A stretch of DNA of 64,000 nucleotides from Trichoplax sp. H2 (taxonomy: Eukaryota): assembly GCA_003344405.1 (NCBI GenBank), contig NOWV01000173.1, forward strand, positions 1 through 64,000, given 5' to 3'. The translations under genes and the position numbers were made by a program. A model generated the notes under the pieces. It was given only the letters and a program-made list of their open reading frames with translations. It was not told where the DNA came from and did not search any database. Below, piece after piece: positions 1-12,000 of the stretch. Positions within the stretch are counted from its first letter, which is position 1. The number at the start of each line of letters is the position of its first letter.

Positions 1-3000
1 CGAGATCGTAGCTTAAGAGAACTCATCCAGCTCTCAAACAAGAGAGATGTTACGGTAGTTTTTAGATGCTACGGATCGAAAGAGTACATGAATCCAAAAC
101 GTAAGAATGGAATGGAACTGAAATCTAATATTGAAACAGCAAGAAGAGGTAAGATCCACTAGCGGTACGGCACTTAAATATCTCTTATACTACTGGCTAA
201 CAGAATCATAATAAGATCAAATACTTAAATATCTCTTATACTACTGGCTAACAGAATCATAATAAGATCAAAAATAATTCAATTTCAATATATTAAGACT
301 TGCTAAAAATGTGCAAATGTGTTTTCTTTAAATTTTTATTTAAACTTTGCGTAACTGTAGCAGAGATGAGACTTTTTACTATCTTGTTTTGCATTAATTT
401 TAAACTTTTCATATTATTTGGAAGTTATGAGAGTAGAAAGAAATTCCAGATCACAAAATAGCAATTATACAATTAGCTTGATAAATGGACAAAATTCTAG
501 TGAAGGTACTGTTATCATTGAAAATCGAATAAATGGCCAGCGTGGAGCAGTTTGTGGTACTGCATGGCATGCCAGTGATGCCTCAGTCGTCTGTCGACAA
601 CTTGGTTTCCTTAGTTATAGGTCCAAAGCAAGTATGATATAGCTAATAGTACGACATCCTTCTTTTATCGTAGGTAGTTACCTAGATATTTCCAGCTTAA
701 TTAAATCTGTTTTACTAATTGGATTGAATTTGGCATTTATTCCAGCTGTAGCTAAACCAGGAAATTTAAGTATTATTGCAAGAGCATTGTTATGCTTGGG
801 AAATGAGCAAGTTATAGATAGCTGTACAATAGTATCTTGGAATGAACCATTTAGTTCTAATAATCTTTGTAATCAAGCAAGGACTGTAGCAACAGTGAAC
901 TGCGTATCGGAAGATAATAACCCAAATCGTAAGATTATGGAATCGGGTTTATTCCTACTGATATTTAAAACTATTTCTGTTACAAGTTTTCCCTAAATTT
1001 TCAACTATTTTTTTTTGTTTTATCACTAGTTCCAGGTAATTCCCCAGAAAGTTGCACCTTCAAATATGGATTCTGCAATTGGCAACGGAGTGGAAATTAT
1101 CTAATGCAATGGAATAATTATAATGGTTAATTGCTCTAGTCTATGTAACAGAAAGTGTAATATTTTCATGAAGATATTATTTATCAGAATTTAATTAATA
1201 CTGCGCCTTATTCGTAGAGTTCAATCAATCTGCTCGGATTAATCTGCAATTATTTATTACATTCTCAAATCATCAACAATTCTAATATTATTTTTCTAAT
1301 TTTATTTCTTCAAGGGGATTCGTATGCTTTTATATCTGTTCGTAGATTTGAAATACCCGCAACTGCTATATTAACCAGTCCGTTTTTGCGCTTGAAATCC
1401 TCAGACAAATCTGCTTTTGTATGCATTGACATTTATAGATGTTTATAGCAATTCATTAAAAAATTTATCATAACTTTGGATATAACCAAGGATACACTTG
1501 TGATGAATAATGTTCTTATGATCATATATTGATTTCAATTACAATACTTCGATTCAGATTAAATTTAAAATAAAGCTAGGTAGACTAGGGTATTTCGACG
1601 ATACTTCATTCTTTCGATACAAATATCGTGACTCTTCTTCTACGATTAAAATCGGCTTGCCAACGATCCCTTATACAGAATCTTGGGATGTATATACCTC
1701 AGAAGATTTCAAACCTCGAGATCCATTTCAAGTAAGTTTCACCTTGTTAAATACCGTATGTTAAGATACCGTGGAAATATATTTTACAGTTTTAATTAAA
1801 CAGATGCCATAAGGCTAACAAAAGCCTATGAAGGAATTGTAAATCAGAATTAAATGTTTATGCCTTTCAAAGTGTAATATTCTCCCCACAACATCAATAC
1901 AAATCTTGTCACGAATTCTTCCTCAATTAATTTCAAGTAATTTCAAATCTCACCGGAAAATTTTTGTACAATTTACAATTTTAATCTACATTCGTGGTCA
2001 AGCATTAAAAATAGTTAAAGTTACCAAAATGTGATGTAAAGCTAGAAAAATTGTGTTACTTTGCATCAAGATAGATATTAGTTACAATGTACATCATGAC
2101 TAGAAAGATGACTGTAGTAAGCTAATCATAAAATTTCCTTCTAATAATTACGTTGACATCACAAGTTTATTTGAGAACTCATTACAGGCCTGGTTGAACC
2201 TCAAAATTCTTAGTAATATAAGAAATATCTTAAAGTGTTTGGAAAGTATTACAATAAGCTGCTAATAGTTAAAGTTAGTGAGATGTATTATGTAAAGAGA
2301 GAAAAATGGAATACATAAATGTTGTATAAAAGTCGTAGTTAGTCTTCGTAGCTGGTTCAGGATGAGGGAGAAAGAAATTAATGCCTACGGAATTTTAAAG
2401 GCTCGTATGTTCATATAGATCAAGACTAAGCTCCTTTTCCATGTTGCGTTTATTGCAAATTGTAGCGAATCGCGAAATTTTAATATATTTACGCCAATGC
2501 AATTGAAATCCCTATATTTATTAGATAGTATAAATTAATTTCACTTTACAATAGCTGCTGCTATAAATATAAGTGATTGTTTGCTATCACATGGTACTTC
2601 AATTTATATGCATTATTATAACGTAGATTCCTTATTTATCTAGGTTGTGTTCATAGCCACGGCAAGCAATCGTAGGCAAATTGATATTAGTTTGAGCTTG
2701 GATCAAGTTTTTATTAATAATGCAGAACCGAATATAGGTTAGCCATGACTTAAAATTATAGTAATAGCAATGTATATGTTATACAAAAAATTATCATAAA
2801 ATCAAATCTATTTAAATTCGGATGTTCAGATACATTATGGGTTCGAGTTACAATACCTAATATTTATTAAAGTCCTATTACATAGCAGTTCTAACAGATA
2901 TTCGACTGTAACATGATTGTCTCATTCTCTGAGTAAATCCGTCTTATCTATTAACTCCAGGGCTCACTCAAGCGTCTCAATTAGCAGTGATCCTTTCTGT

Positions 3001-3283
3001 TACCATAATTGCCAGTCTCAGCCTTATATTTGGTATAGCTTATTATTGCCATTATCACAATAGGGAGGGTTGTAAAACATGTTGCGAAATTTGGTTAAAC
3101 TCAGGCACCAATCCAGCAGTAACTGGGACATCAACAACTAATAAACTGAGTTTGGGCTCTGAAACATCTGCCGATGTACTTCGAAGGGCAATACGTGACC
3201 ACCCTTACATACTTAATGAAATTAATACTCATTATCCAGGCAATTCAAGGGCACTTGAAACGGGATGTGACGAAGGCTGTTAG
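1..3283 (+). CDS. 5'-truncated multi-exon gene: LRR-cap / SRCR / MAM-like type I membrane protein (paralogue 1)
   Basis: Manually spliced GT-AG exons with consistent phases: <1-148 (RDRSLRELIQLSNKRDVTVVFRC, matches exon 2 of the other paralogues); 425-631 and 746-928 (SRCR: LINGQNSSEGTV..GAVCGTAW..ASVVCRQLG..LLC..IDSC..LC..VNC); 1030-1125 (PGNSPESCTFKYGFCNW, MAM start); 1315-1418 (TAILTSP); 1558-1731; 2644-2737 (VVFIAT..LSLDQV, MAM end); 2961-3283 (TM VILSVTIIASLSLIFGIAYYC plus tail). Confidence 0.85.
172..272. repeat. Near-perfect 51-bp tandem duplication in an intron
   Basis: acttaaatatctcttatactactggctaacagaatcataataagatcaaa occurs at 172 and again at 223. Confidence 0.95.
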
Positions 3284-3703
3284 GAGAAAGATTATTCTCG
3301 TGATGAGGTATAAAATATAACTTCAATGTAATATCTTACCATGATAATCATGAAACTTAAAATTCAGGCTTTAATCTGAAATTGTATCGATTTAAAAAAA
3401 CATCTATTTTACGTATATTTAAACTAATTTCTAAAGTACGATAACGCTAGAGAATCAATTTTAAACATTTTACTGCTTAAAATGAAGTATCAGTAAAATT
3501 ATTTTCTCAGAATACTTTTAAAGCAAGTTAAAATTTAAAATTAATCTGATTTTTTAATCTGATTTATTGGTTTTCATAAATCTCAAATACCTAACATACA
3601 AAATTCAAAAAGCTACGTTTACTGGAATGAATTTACGGCCATGCAATCTTTTTAAAAATAATCTATTACTCATTATAAAATCATAATAATTTAATAAAGT
3701 GTG

Positions 3704-4324
3704 ACAGTGTTATATACTACATTAGAGTAGAAATATCTATGTTAGGATAATTCTGTTAGCCTATCCTTATTTAGTTAACTTCTAATTTGGACATACTGTG
3801 TTTTAATATAGCACTGACTTTTTATGACAATGAAACATATACACATACTGAAATTAATAGTTATAATAGGGAATACAAATCATCTACTTACAGTTCGAAT
3901 CATTGTGATTGTAACTTAATAGTAGATTGTAAATTATCGAGGAAATATTCCGTGATAGAACATATCGTAATCTGATTATTCTGTATTAGCCATCAGATGT
4001 CTATGTTCGTAAATACTGTTGTCTGCATTAAGGAACCAGTAGCTAAAATTAATATCTAATTCAGTAAATGATTCCAAAGTTAATCGTACTAACTATGATT
4101 CATGACCTATTGAGGAAGAGTACATAAATGCAGCATAATATGTAATAAAGTGAATTCTTAAACTTAGTGTTTAACGTAATATACGAGGCATCTAAGTCTT
4201 TGTGTAGTCTGCTAGTAGAGCAAAAGTGTTTGTGATAGTGCAGATATCGTTCCTTGATACGTGGTTCAAGGAATTGACTTATTGATCGTACCTTACGTTA
4301 TCTTGTTGCAAAGCTGTTTTGTGA
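3704..4324. repeat. Left arm of a ~620-bp inverted repeat
   Basis: Its reverse complement matches ~6539-7552 with scattered substitutions. ORFs 3787+ and 6804- encode near-identical peptides (MDILCFNIALTFYD..). Confidence 0.92.
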
Positions 4325-5202
4325 CATAAAGTAACATCCATATTTCAAGACCAAAATATAAGAATCCATAGCATCGAGCCTTATTAACTCTTAGAGATGT
4401 TTAGTTATTGCATTAGCATGACATAAGCTAAGGTGATTTGACATATTCTCTAAAAGTAGCAACTACTAAGGCTGTTGAAAGAATAACGATTAGGTTAATT
4501 AATTAATTAATCTACAAGATTCCAACTCAATAAAGTAAAAACTACAGATCGGTATAATAAAAATTATTGAAAAAATATTGAAATAATGTGCGTCAAGATA
4601 ATATTTAAAGTCAACTCTAATAAAGGATTTAGTAAAATATCTATATGAACTTAGTTCATCGATATAGCTTAGAAAATCAAATTAGCAACTGCAGTGAACG
4701 GTTGAATATCAAATATTAGTACAACGATAATAAAATTAATAAATTAGGTTTCTTTTGGCACTCCAAAAATTTACTTAAGTTACCCTTAAGTCATATCAAT
4801 CACCCTACATAAATTTGAATAACTTACTAGCATTATGAGTATGATGGAGGATTCGAAGAGTCAGCGGCTGCGGACTTAGTAGCCATCCACAGAAATTATG
4901 CAAGCGGTTTTAATAAAAAAGGATGCTTTATTGTAGATGTTAGTGAAGGTAAAATGCGGTAGTTACGGCAGATCAGCATGTAAGCTATGGCGAAGTAGCA
5001 TGAGGAAGTACTACAACTGCGATTAGTGCAACTGACAAATTTGAGGCAGAAATCATCAGTATTTATAGATTAAGAAATAGAACGCATGTAGAGAACAGGA
5101 TTATAGAATTCGATATGACATCTACCGTAAACAGACAGAGTAATAGCAAATGATTGTAGAAAACAGCAAAGACCGTAGGTGCTATAAATAACTAAACATA
5201 AT

Positions 5203-5238
5203 GAGCTATGTTAGAGCTACGTTAGAGCTATATTAGAG
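5203..5238. repeat. Three copies of an 11-bp minisatellite
   Basis: gagctatgtta-gagctacgtta-gagctatatta-gag. Confidence 0.75.
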
Positions 5239-6538
5239 TATAGTAGAAATAGACTCTAAAACTATGTACACTCGGTAAAATACAAAATGTCTATATTTAA
5301 GAATATGCTAAGGACTATAGTGAAGTCTAAATATACTACAATGAGTATGTAAAACGATCTTTCCGACTTATCAGTGGATGTGAATTTTGCAGCTTAGTTT
5401 TGATAAATTTTAAAATTTTTCTTTGGATTTATAGAAAAAATATACGTACTAAAGTCATTTATGGATTCCATGATGGTGGTCTTCATACAAAGTCATTTGA
5501 TATCAGCAGCTAAGTGTAATAAATTAAAATGAAGGTTTTCTTACTGGAAAGAATATGAATGATTAATAAGTATTTAATATTTGCAAAATAATTATTCGGA
5601 CGTACCGTCTCGTAATATATATTAATGTACTACTTGCTTAGCACCGAAAAACTTGATGCGAGTATTTAAGGAGCTCAAACCATCAAGTAAAATCGTTGTA
5701 CATTCTAGTTGTATGGGAGGGATAGTAGCTGTTTAGAGGTTTATGGATATCTTATAGACAGTATTTATCTCAGATTAAAATCGCTAAAGATGTTGTCAGA
5801 TCTTAACTTTTTCTGTGCAGGGTAATTCTGATGTCACTAATACAACTATTAATTTCAACTAGTGAAACTCTCTAAACTCTAGTAAATAGAATGCATAATG
5901 TTGTAGTCTTCTTAACTATGTAGTTTTCTAAAGCAACATCTGTCAATTTCTTATTCTTTTACTACTCCAAGAATACTATAGTTAACGAACAATGTAACTT
6001 ATAATCTTTATCTTGTTATCCTTAATCGTAATATGCTGAACGATAAATAGTTTTATTAGATTGGGTAGATGATCGAACCACTTTGATGACAACGATTGCG
6101 TAGTAAAGAGACCGTGATAAGAAAAAGTAATTAATTTATTATTGTAATAGTCATAGACTGCTAAACTTTAACCCATGCAATAGTATTCTAGTCGATCCCT
6201 CGCTCATTATACTTTCTTACTGTTAATAGTAGAAATTTTAAACGCTCTGCTCGTAATACCCATCATAAAGGCGCTATGCCTTTAGGCTATCGTTACTTTA
6301 ACTTTCCTTTATTTTTCTGCTAATAACCAATGCAGTATGTTTTTTCGTGCACTAAAAAGTCCGAGGACTACGTGTGTTGGTTTAGGATTAGGGACGAGTT
6401 CGGAAGCAGGTTGTGGAAAATTTAAGATTTAGTTTCAGTCAGGATATTACTGCTTGTTTTAGCATCAGAGAGGCCATTTGCATTCTCTACATTGTGCACT
6501 GGCAGCGTATAAATTGCCCATTTCTCATTAGATAGTTG

Positions 6539-7552
6539 CCACAAAACAGATTTGCAACAAGATAACGTCATGTATGATCTATAAGTCAATTCCTTGAACC
6601 ATGTATCAAGGAACGATATCTGTACTATCAGAAACACTTTTGCTCTACTAGCAGACTACACAAAGACTTAGACGGCTCGTATTTTACGTTAAACACTAAG
6701 TTTAAGAATTCACTTTATTACACGATGTACTGCATTAATATACTCTTCCTCAATAGTTCGTGAGTCATAGTTAGTACGATTAACTTTGGAATCATTTACT
6801 GAATTAGATATTAATTTTAGCTACTGGTTCCTTAATGCAGACAACAGTATTTACGAGCATAGATATCTGATCGCTAATAATCACAATGATTCGAACTGTA
6901 AGTAGGTGATTTGTATTTCTATTGTAACTATTAATTTCAGTATGTGTATATGTTTCACTATCATAAAAAGTCAGTGCTATATTAAAACACAGTATATCCA
7001 CATTAGAAGTTAACTAAATAAGGATAGGATAACAGAATTATCCTAACATAGATATTTCTACTCNNNNNNNNNNNNNNNNNNNNACACTAAGTTTAAGAAT
7101 TCACTTTATTACACGATGTACTGCATTAATATACTCTTCCTCAATAGTTCGTGAGTCATAGTTAGTACGATTAACTTTGGAATCATTTACTGAATTAGAT
7201 ATTAATTTTAGCTACTGCTTCCTTAATGCAGACAACAGTATTTACGAGCATAGATATCTGATCGCTAATACAGAATAGTCAGATTACGATATGTTCTATC
7301 ACGGAACATTTCCACGATAATTTACAATCTATCATAAGTAAGTTATAATCACAATGATTCGAACTGTAAGTAGGTGATTTGTATTCCTATTGTAACTATT
7401 AATTTCAGTATGTGTATATGTTTCACTATCATAAAAAGTCAGTGCTATATTAAAACACAGTATATCCACATTAGAAGTTAACTAAATAAGGATAGGATAA
7501 CAGAATTATCCTAACATAGATATTTCTACTCTAATACAGTATATAACACTGT
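6539..7552. repeat. Right arm of the inverted repeat, internally duplicated across a 20-N gap (7064-7083)
   Basis: 6693-7063 is repeated at 7084-7531, and the first copy lacks ~77 bp that is present in the second copy and in the left arm. Confidence 0.9.
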
Positions 7553-7556
7553 TATA

Positions 7557-7743
7557 ATGGTATGTCACTAAAGCCTCTGTCATTTGTTGACAACTTGGTT
7601 TTCTCGGTTATAAGTCTAAAACAAGTATGAGACAGCTAATAGCACGATGTCCTTCTTTAAGCCAGAAAATTTAAGTATAATCGCAAGAGCTTTATTATGC
7701 GTAGTAAATGAGCCCGTTATTAACAATTGTAGAATGGTGTCTT
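7557..7743 (+). pseudogene. Decayed copy of the SRCR exons of paralogue 1
   Basis: Aligns by eye to ~565-670 and ~755-840 (gcctctgtcatttgttgacaacttggtttt vs gcctcagtcgtctgtcgacaacttggtttc; aatttaagtataatcgcaagagc vs aatttaagtattattgcaagagc). CGA>TGA stop in CRQLG, and part of the intron including the acceptor is deleted. Confidence 0.85.
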
Positions 7744-9045
7744 TAAATTAATTTAGAAAATAACTATCTTTTGGAACTGCATAAATAGTTGGATATTGAA
7801 TATCAGAAACACTGGCAATAAAAAAAATTAATTACTTATTTATATAAAATTTTATATAAAATTAAATACTTAATTTGACAAATTATAATATTTATCTTTG
7901 ATAGACTTGAATAACCTATTAGCGTGACGAGTAAGGTGATTATTATTACTTAACTATGGATGTCAATTTCGTTAATTAATCTGAGACTGAATATTAACAT
8001 GTTTTGGATTCAAAATCATAAATTTTTATAACTGATTTAAATTGAATTGGCTAAAGCTGAAGTAAAAATTTTGTTTGTACAACTTAATATCATGTAACCT
8101 ATTCTAAGAATTAAGTACAATCTTAAAATTATTCTCAAAGTTTCTTACTGTAAATATCCTTCCATAACAGTTATAACTTCTAACTAACTCTAGTTTCCTA
8201 TCTGTTCCGCGACGAGTAATATTGTGCTATGCTATATGAAATAAGAGTCTCATTAATGCTGTGCCATATGCTATAAGTTCTCTAGTACCGTAAGTAGATA
8301 CTTCGTACAAAAAATTGCAAAGGGTTAGCAGCTATTATGCTAGGGTACTTTGAAAATAAGCTTATTGTAAACTCACGGGCTAATAGATATAATTTAGCAG
8401 TCCTTTGGAAACTAATCTGTCCACAGCAATGATAAGAGAATCAAAGCTTTGATCATTAGAGCTTAGCCGAATACTTATGAACTATGGCAGCGCTTAAATT
8501 TTCATATTTATTAGTCTCTGTCTTTGGCAGTCATTTTAGAAATAAATTCGATTGCTATTAATACAACTCTGTAATAAATATTCTTAAACAACGTAAGCTA
8601 CCGTTAACTTTTAAATATACTTAAAAAGAGAAACTATGGTCTTCTAACTATTAATTATTCGTGGTAATTCAGTCACATTAGATTTGCTTGCATTACATAT
8701 TACCAATATGGGTTTCGATCGAAGAATCTTACTATCCCAAAATCTGATATATAAATTAATTTGTATCTTATATACTAAGAACTTTGAAGACACGATTTTA
8801 GTATTCTCCTTCTAAAATTCTTTCGAGATAATTTATATTCTTACATTTTAATCTCTTCTATGATTTAATTGTGATAAATGGTACAAGCATAGGTGTTTAG
8901 TTTCAAATTCGTTCACAAAGCAATTACTTTCAAAATCAGAAAGAAGTGTATTAATTTCGAACGTACTTAATTTTTATCTTTTTGTATTCTAAGAAGAATC
9001 ATTACTGTACACTCTTTGCCAACATGCTCACGTTCGGTTTAACAT

Positions 9046-12000
9046 CTAACCTTGTACATTAATTGAAACATGATCAACTTTCTTCTTCACTATCACTTTT
9101 TCTCCATTATTGCTTTGATATTGAACAGAATTTCTTGTTAATTTGGGCGATTTCCCCCGTTTATCAGCTTTTGCGAATAAGCCGCGGCTTTCAGAGACGG
9201 GTGCCAATCTAATTAAAGCAAACTAATACTTAAAGGAAGCATAATCATTTTGAATTTTAGAAAGAATTCCCTAACTGAGTATAAAACTCAGATAATCGTT
9301 AAAATATGCAAATAAGATATCTCTTTACTGTCAAAAATTAGTGATAAACAAAAACGGCTTACAATAACAAACAATATACAGCCTGTTTTTATAGATTTAC
9401 TGTAGAACAGATCTATAATTGAGCTAAATCGCTACATCTTTCCTAATTTATTTTAAAAACATAAACAGCAGACAATCCAGCTGATATTTTTTTCTAACCC
9501 TGCACATACTTAATATTCATAAATAGATATATAGTAACTTTTATGGAATAGTATTTCGTCGGCTTTATTACAATCCACCCATGAATGTATATGTCGTTTA
9601 CCGTAAAGATAATCGGGCATTTTGCAAAGTGATCATTATTATAGATACATGATAAACTATGTGTAGCAAAGTCAATTCTTAAGGGTCTTCAATAAATCAG
9701 ACTATCTGGGTTTAAAACCCGAATTAAGCATTATTATAATAAAACCAACCGTAACTGTAGTTATAACAAGCTATGAACAAGAAGACTCCTGATCTACTCG
9801 TTACATACGCTTATAAATCCTAGCGCATGGCCTATTTAGTTATGGTAGTAACATTATTACGCTTCCAGGCACTAAGTACGGGCACTGAAATACAATATTT
9901 TGCCGCGTCATGAGCAACCAATCGCATTAAATTGCGCAAGGTTTATAGCCTGCGATAGTGCATATTAGTAATTCCGTACTTAATTAAGAATTTAGCTCAA
10001 GCACTAAACTCACTGCACTACACTGTGGTATTGGATTTATCATTATAAAGAGTATGTGCCTAATTTATTTCAGTGACTCAAGCTTAGATAATATCTTTGA
10101 GTTGCTATTTTGTCTAGTAGAAAATGATTAAATACGATTTCGTACAAGTTTTTGGTCATTACTTTACTATATTTTTAAATTTTAATTAACTTACGATGAC
10201 TTTGTCTGGGATTTAGGAAAATCTTGTGAAGTACTAGGTTCGTAAACCTTCCTATAAAATTCAAAAGTGAACAAAAATTTTAATATGGCAACCACGTGCC
10301 TTTGAATGACAATATTATTGAAGGAACATAAAGTTTTTAAATTTGATTCTCTGGTTAAAATTTAATTTTAGAATTAATAAACTAAAACCCGCCCAAAAAC
10401 TGATTCATACCTTCCAGTATCAATTTTTAATTTTATTTGTTTGGCTCTCCGTCTTTCCCAAGCTTTTTTAACCTTTGTAAATGAAAATAAGTTTTCACAG
10501 CAACGGTCAGTACATTTAACGACATTAGGATAACTCTCAACAATTCTATATAGAGTTCAGTTCACAAGAAGGGCTCAGATTTAATTGAAGGACATGATAA
10601 TTAATGAAGTGGTTAAGCTATCAAGTTTACTCATGTTTTTATATACTGTATCTGAGTATGTTATGGGAAATAAATAGAATATATATGTAAATAATAATTT
10701 TTAAAATAACAATTAAATTTACTAAGATTAAAATACAGTGCACAGCCGTATAGTAAACATCGTATACTATAGTATTTATTCTATATATCCAGCGTTAAAT
10801 TCATTAATATGAATACTAAATAAGATAATTTATGATTATAATGACCTCGCTTAATTAAATTATTAAGCTACAAACCTTTTCACTTCTTACTCCATGAAAT
10901 ATAAATAGGAAAAAACCCTAAAGATATAGCAGAGATATTACCCGGTAAGTAAATTTACTTATTTTTATATAAATTATACCAATCCTACAGACGCTAACCT
11001 GCAAAGAATTAGCAATTGCAAAAGGAAATTGTAAAACCGGAGAATCAGTTATAAACAACAGGCAGCCCAGTATCCAACCGGAACCAAGCAAGGGTAATAG
11101 GATTAACATGTCTTTAAGTACAATTCTAAGCAATCATGTATATGCATTGCCGTTAATCTAAATTGCTATAAACCTTTACGCGAACAAAAATGTTACCATA
11201 ATATTGCTATATATGATTTAATATCATTTTTTCTTTAAGAAAAGTACTATACCTAAATAGATTGGATTCTTTTTCAGTAGATTTTCTGGGGGCATTCTTA
11301 ACTGTGGTAATATGACCTCGTAAAACCAAAATTAGGAAATTGATGTTCAGCTAATAAGTAAAACAGTTTTGAAAGTATTTAGTTGCTAATAACTAAAAGT
11401 TGTTGGAAGTATATCTTTATTGCTGAACTATGAAACTTTGCAAACCAAAATCATAAATGAAAACGAACTTGATTCGAATGGTAATAAATCTAGAAAAGTT
11501 TATTTTTAAGTATCTGAAGATAATATAGCTTAGGTAGGATACTTTTGCTCAAAATATAATATACCAAAATCATCACTAAAACAGGAATTATAAATCCTAA
11601 AATAATAGGAGGATTGGTAGCCAGCCAACATCTACAAAAAAATTAAAATCTAATATGAAAAGCTTGATATGAGTTAGCGATGCTTATGCTATCATTGGAA
11701 TACGATTACAAGATTCTTATTTACTAACTTTATAACAAAATATGAATATTTACTTTGTTGATGTACAAAATCTGTGTATTTAATAAATAAATTTTCTGAT
11801 ATCCTATTCAATTTCAACGTAAAATTTATCTCGCTATTACGTACGCTTGCATGCCAATGTAATTCTCTATTCCCACGGAAAATATTACTGCAGTTAATGT
11901 GCCAACAGCAATGACAATAGATAAGCCTAAGTAGAAGAATGATAGCTAAAGATCAGCATATTCGTATTTCAAGGTGTTATCATCTTGAGATAGAGTAAAT

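Noticed and set aside
172-272. Direct repeats as CRISPR-like arrays (also 54731-54913)
   Set aside because: Only two units, no unique spacers or cas genes, and a eukaryotic context.
3787-3975. Near-identical ORFs 3787+ and 6804- as a small gene pair
   Set aside because: They are by-products of the inverted repeat, have non-ATG starts, and diverge at an indel.
6422-6637. Minus-strand ORF with faint resemblance to MAM exon 7 (ISF..QLS..W..YT)
   Set aside because: Similarity is too sparse, and the ORF straddles the repeat boundary; the left-arm copy has stops.
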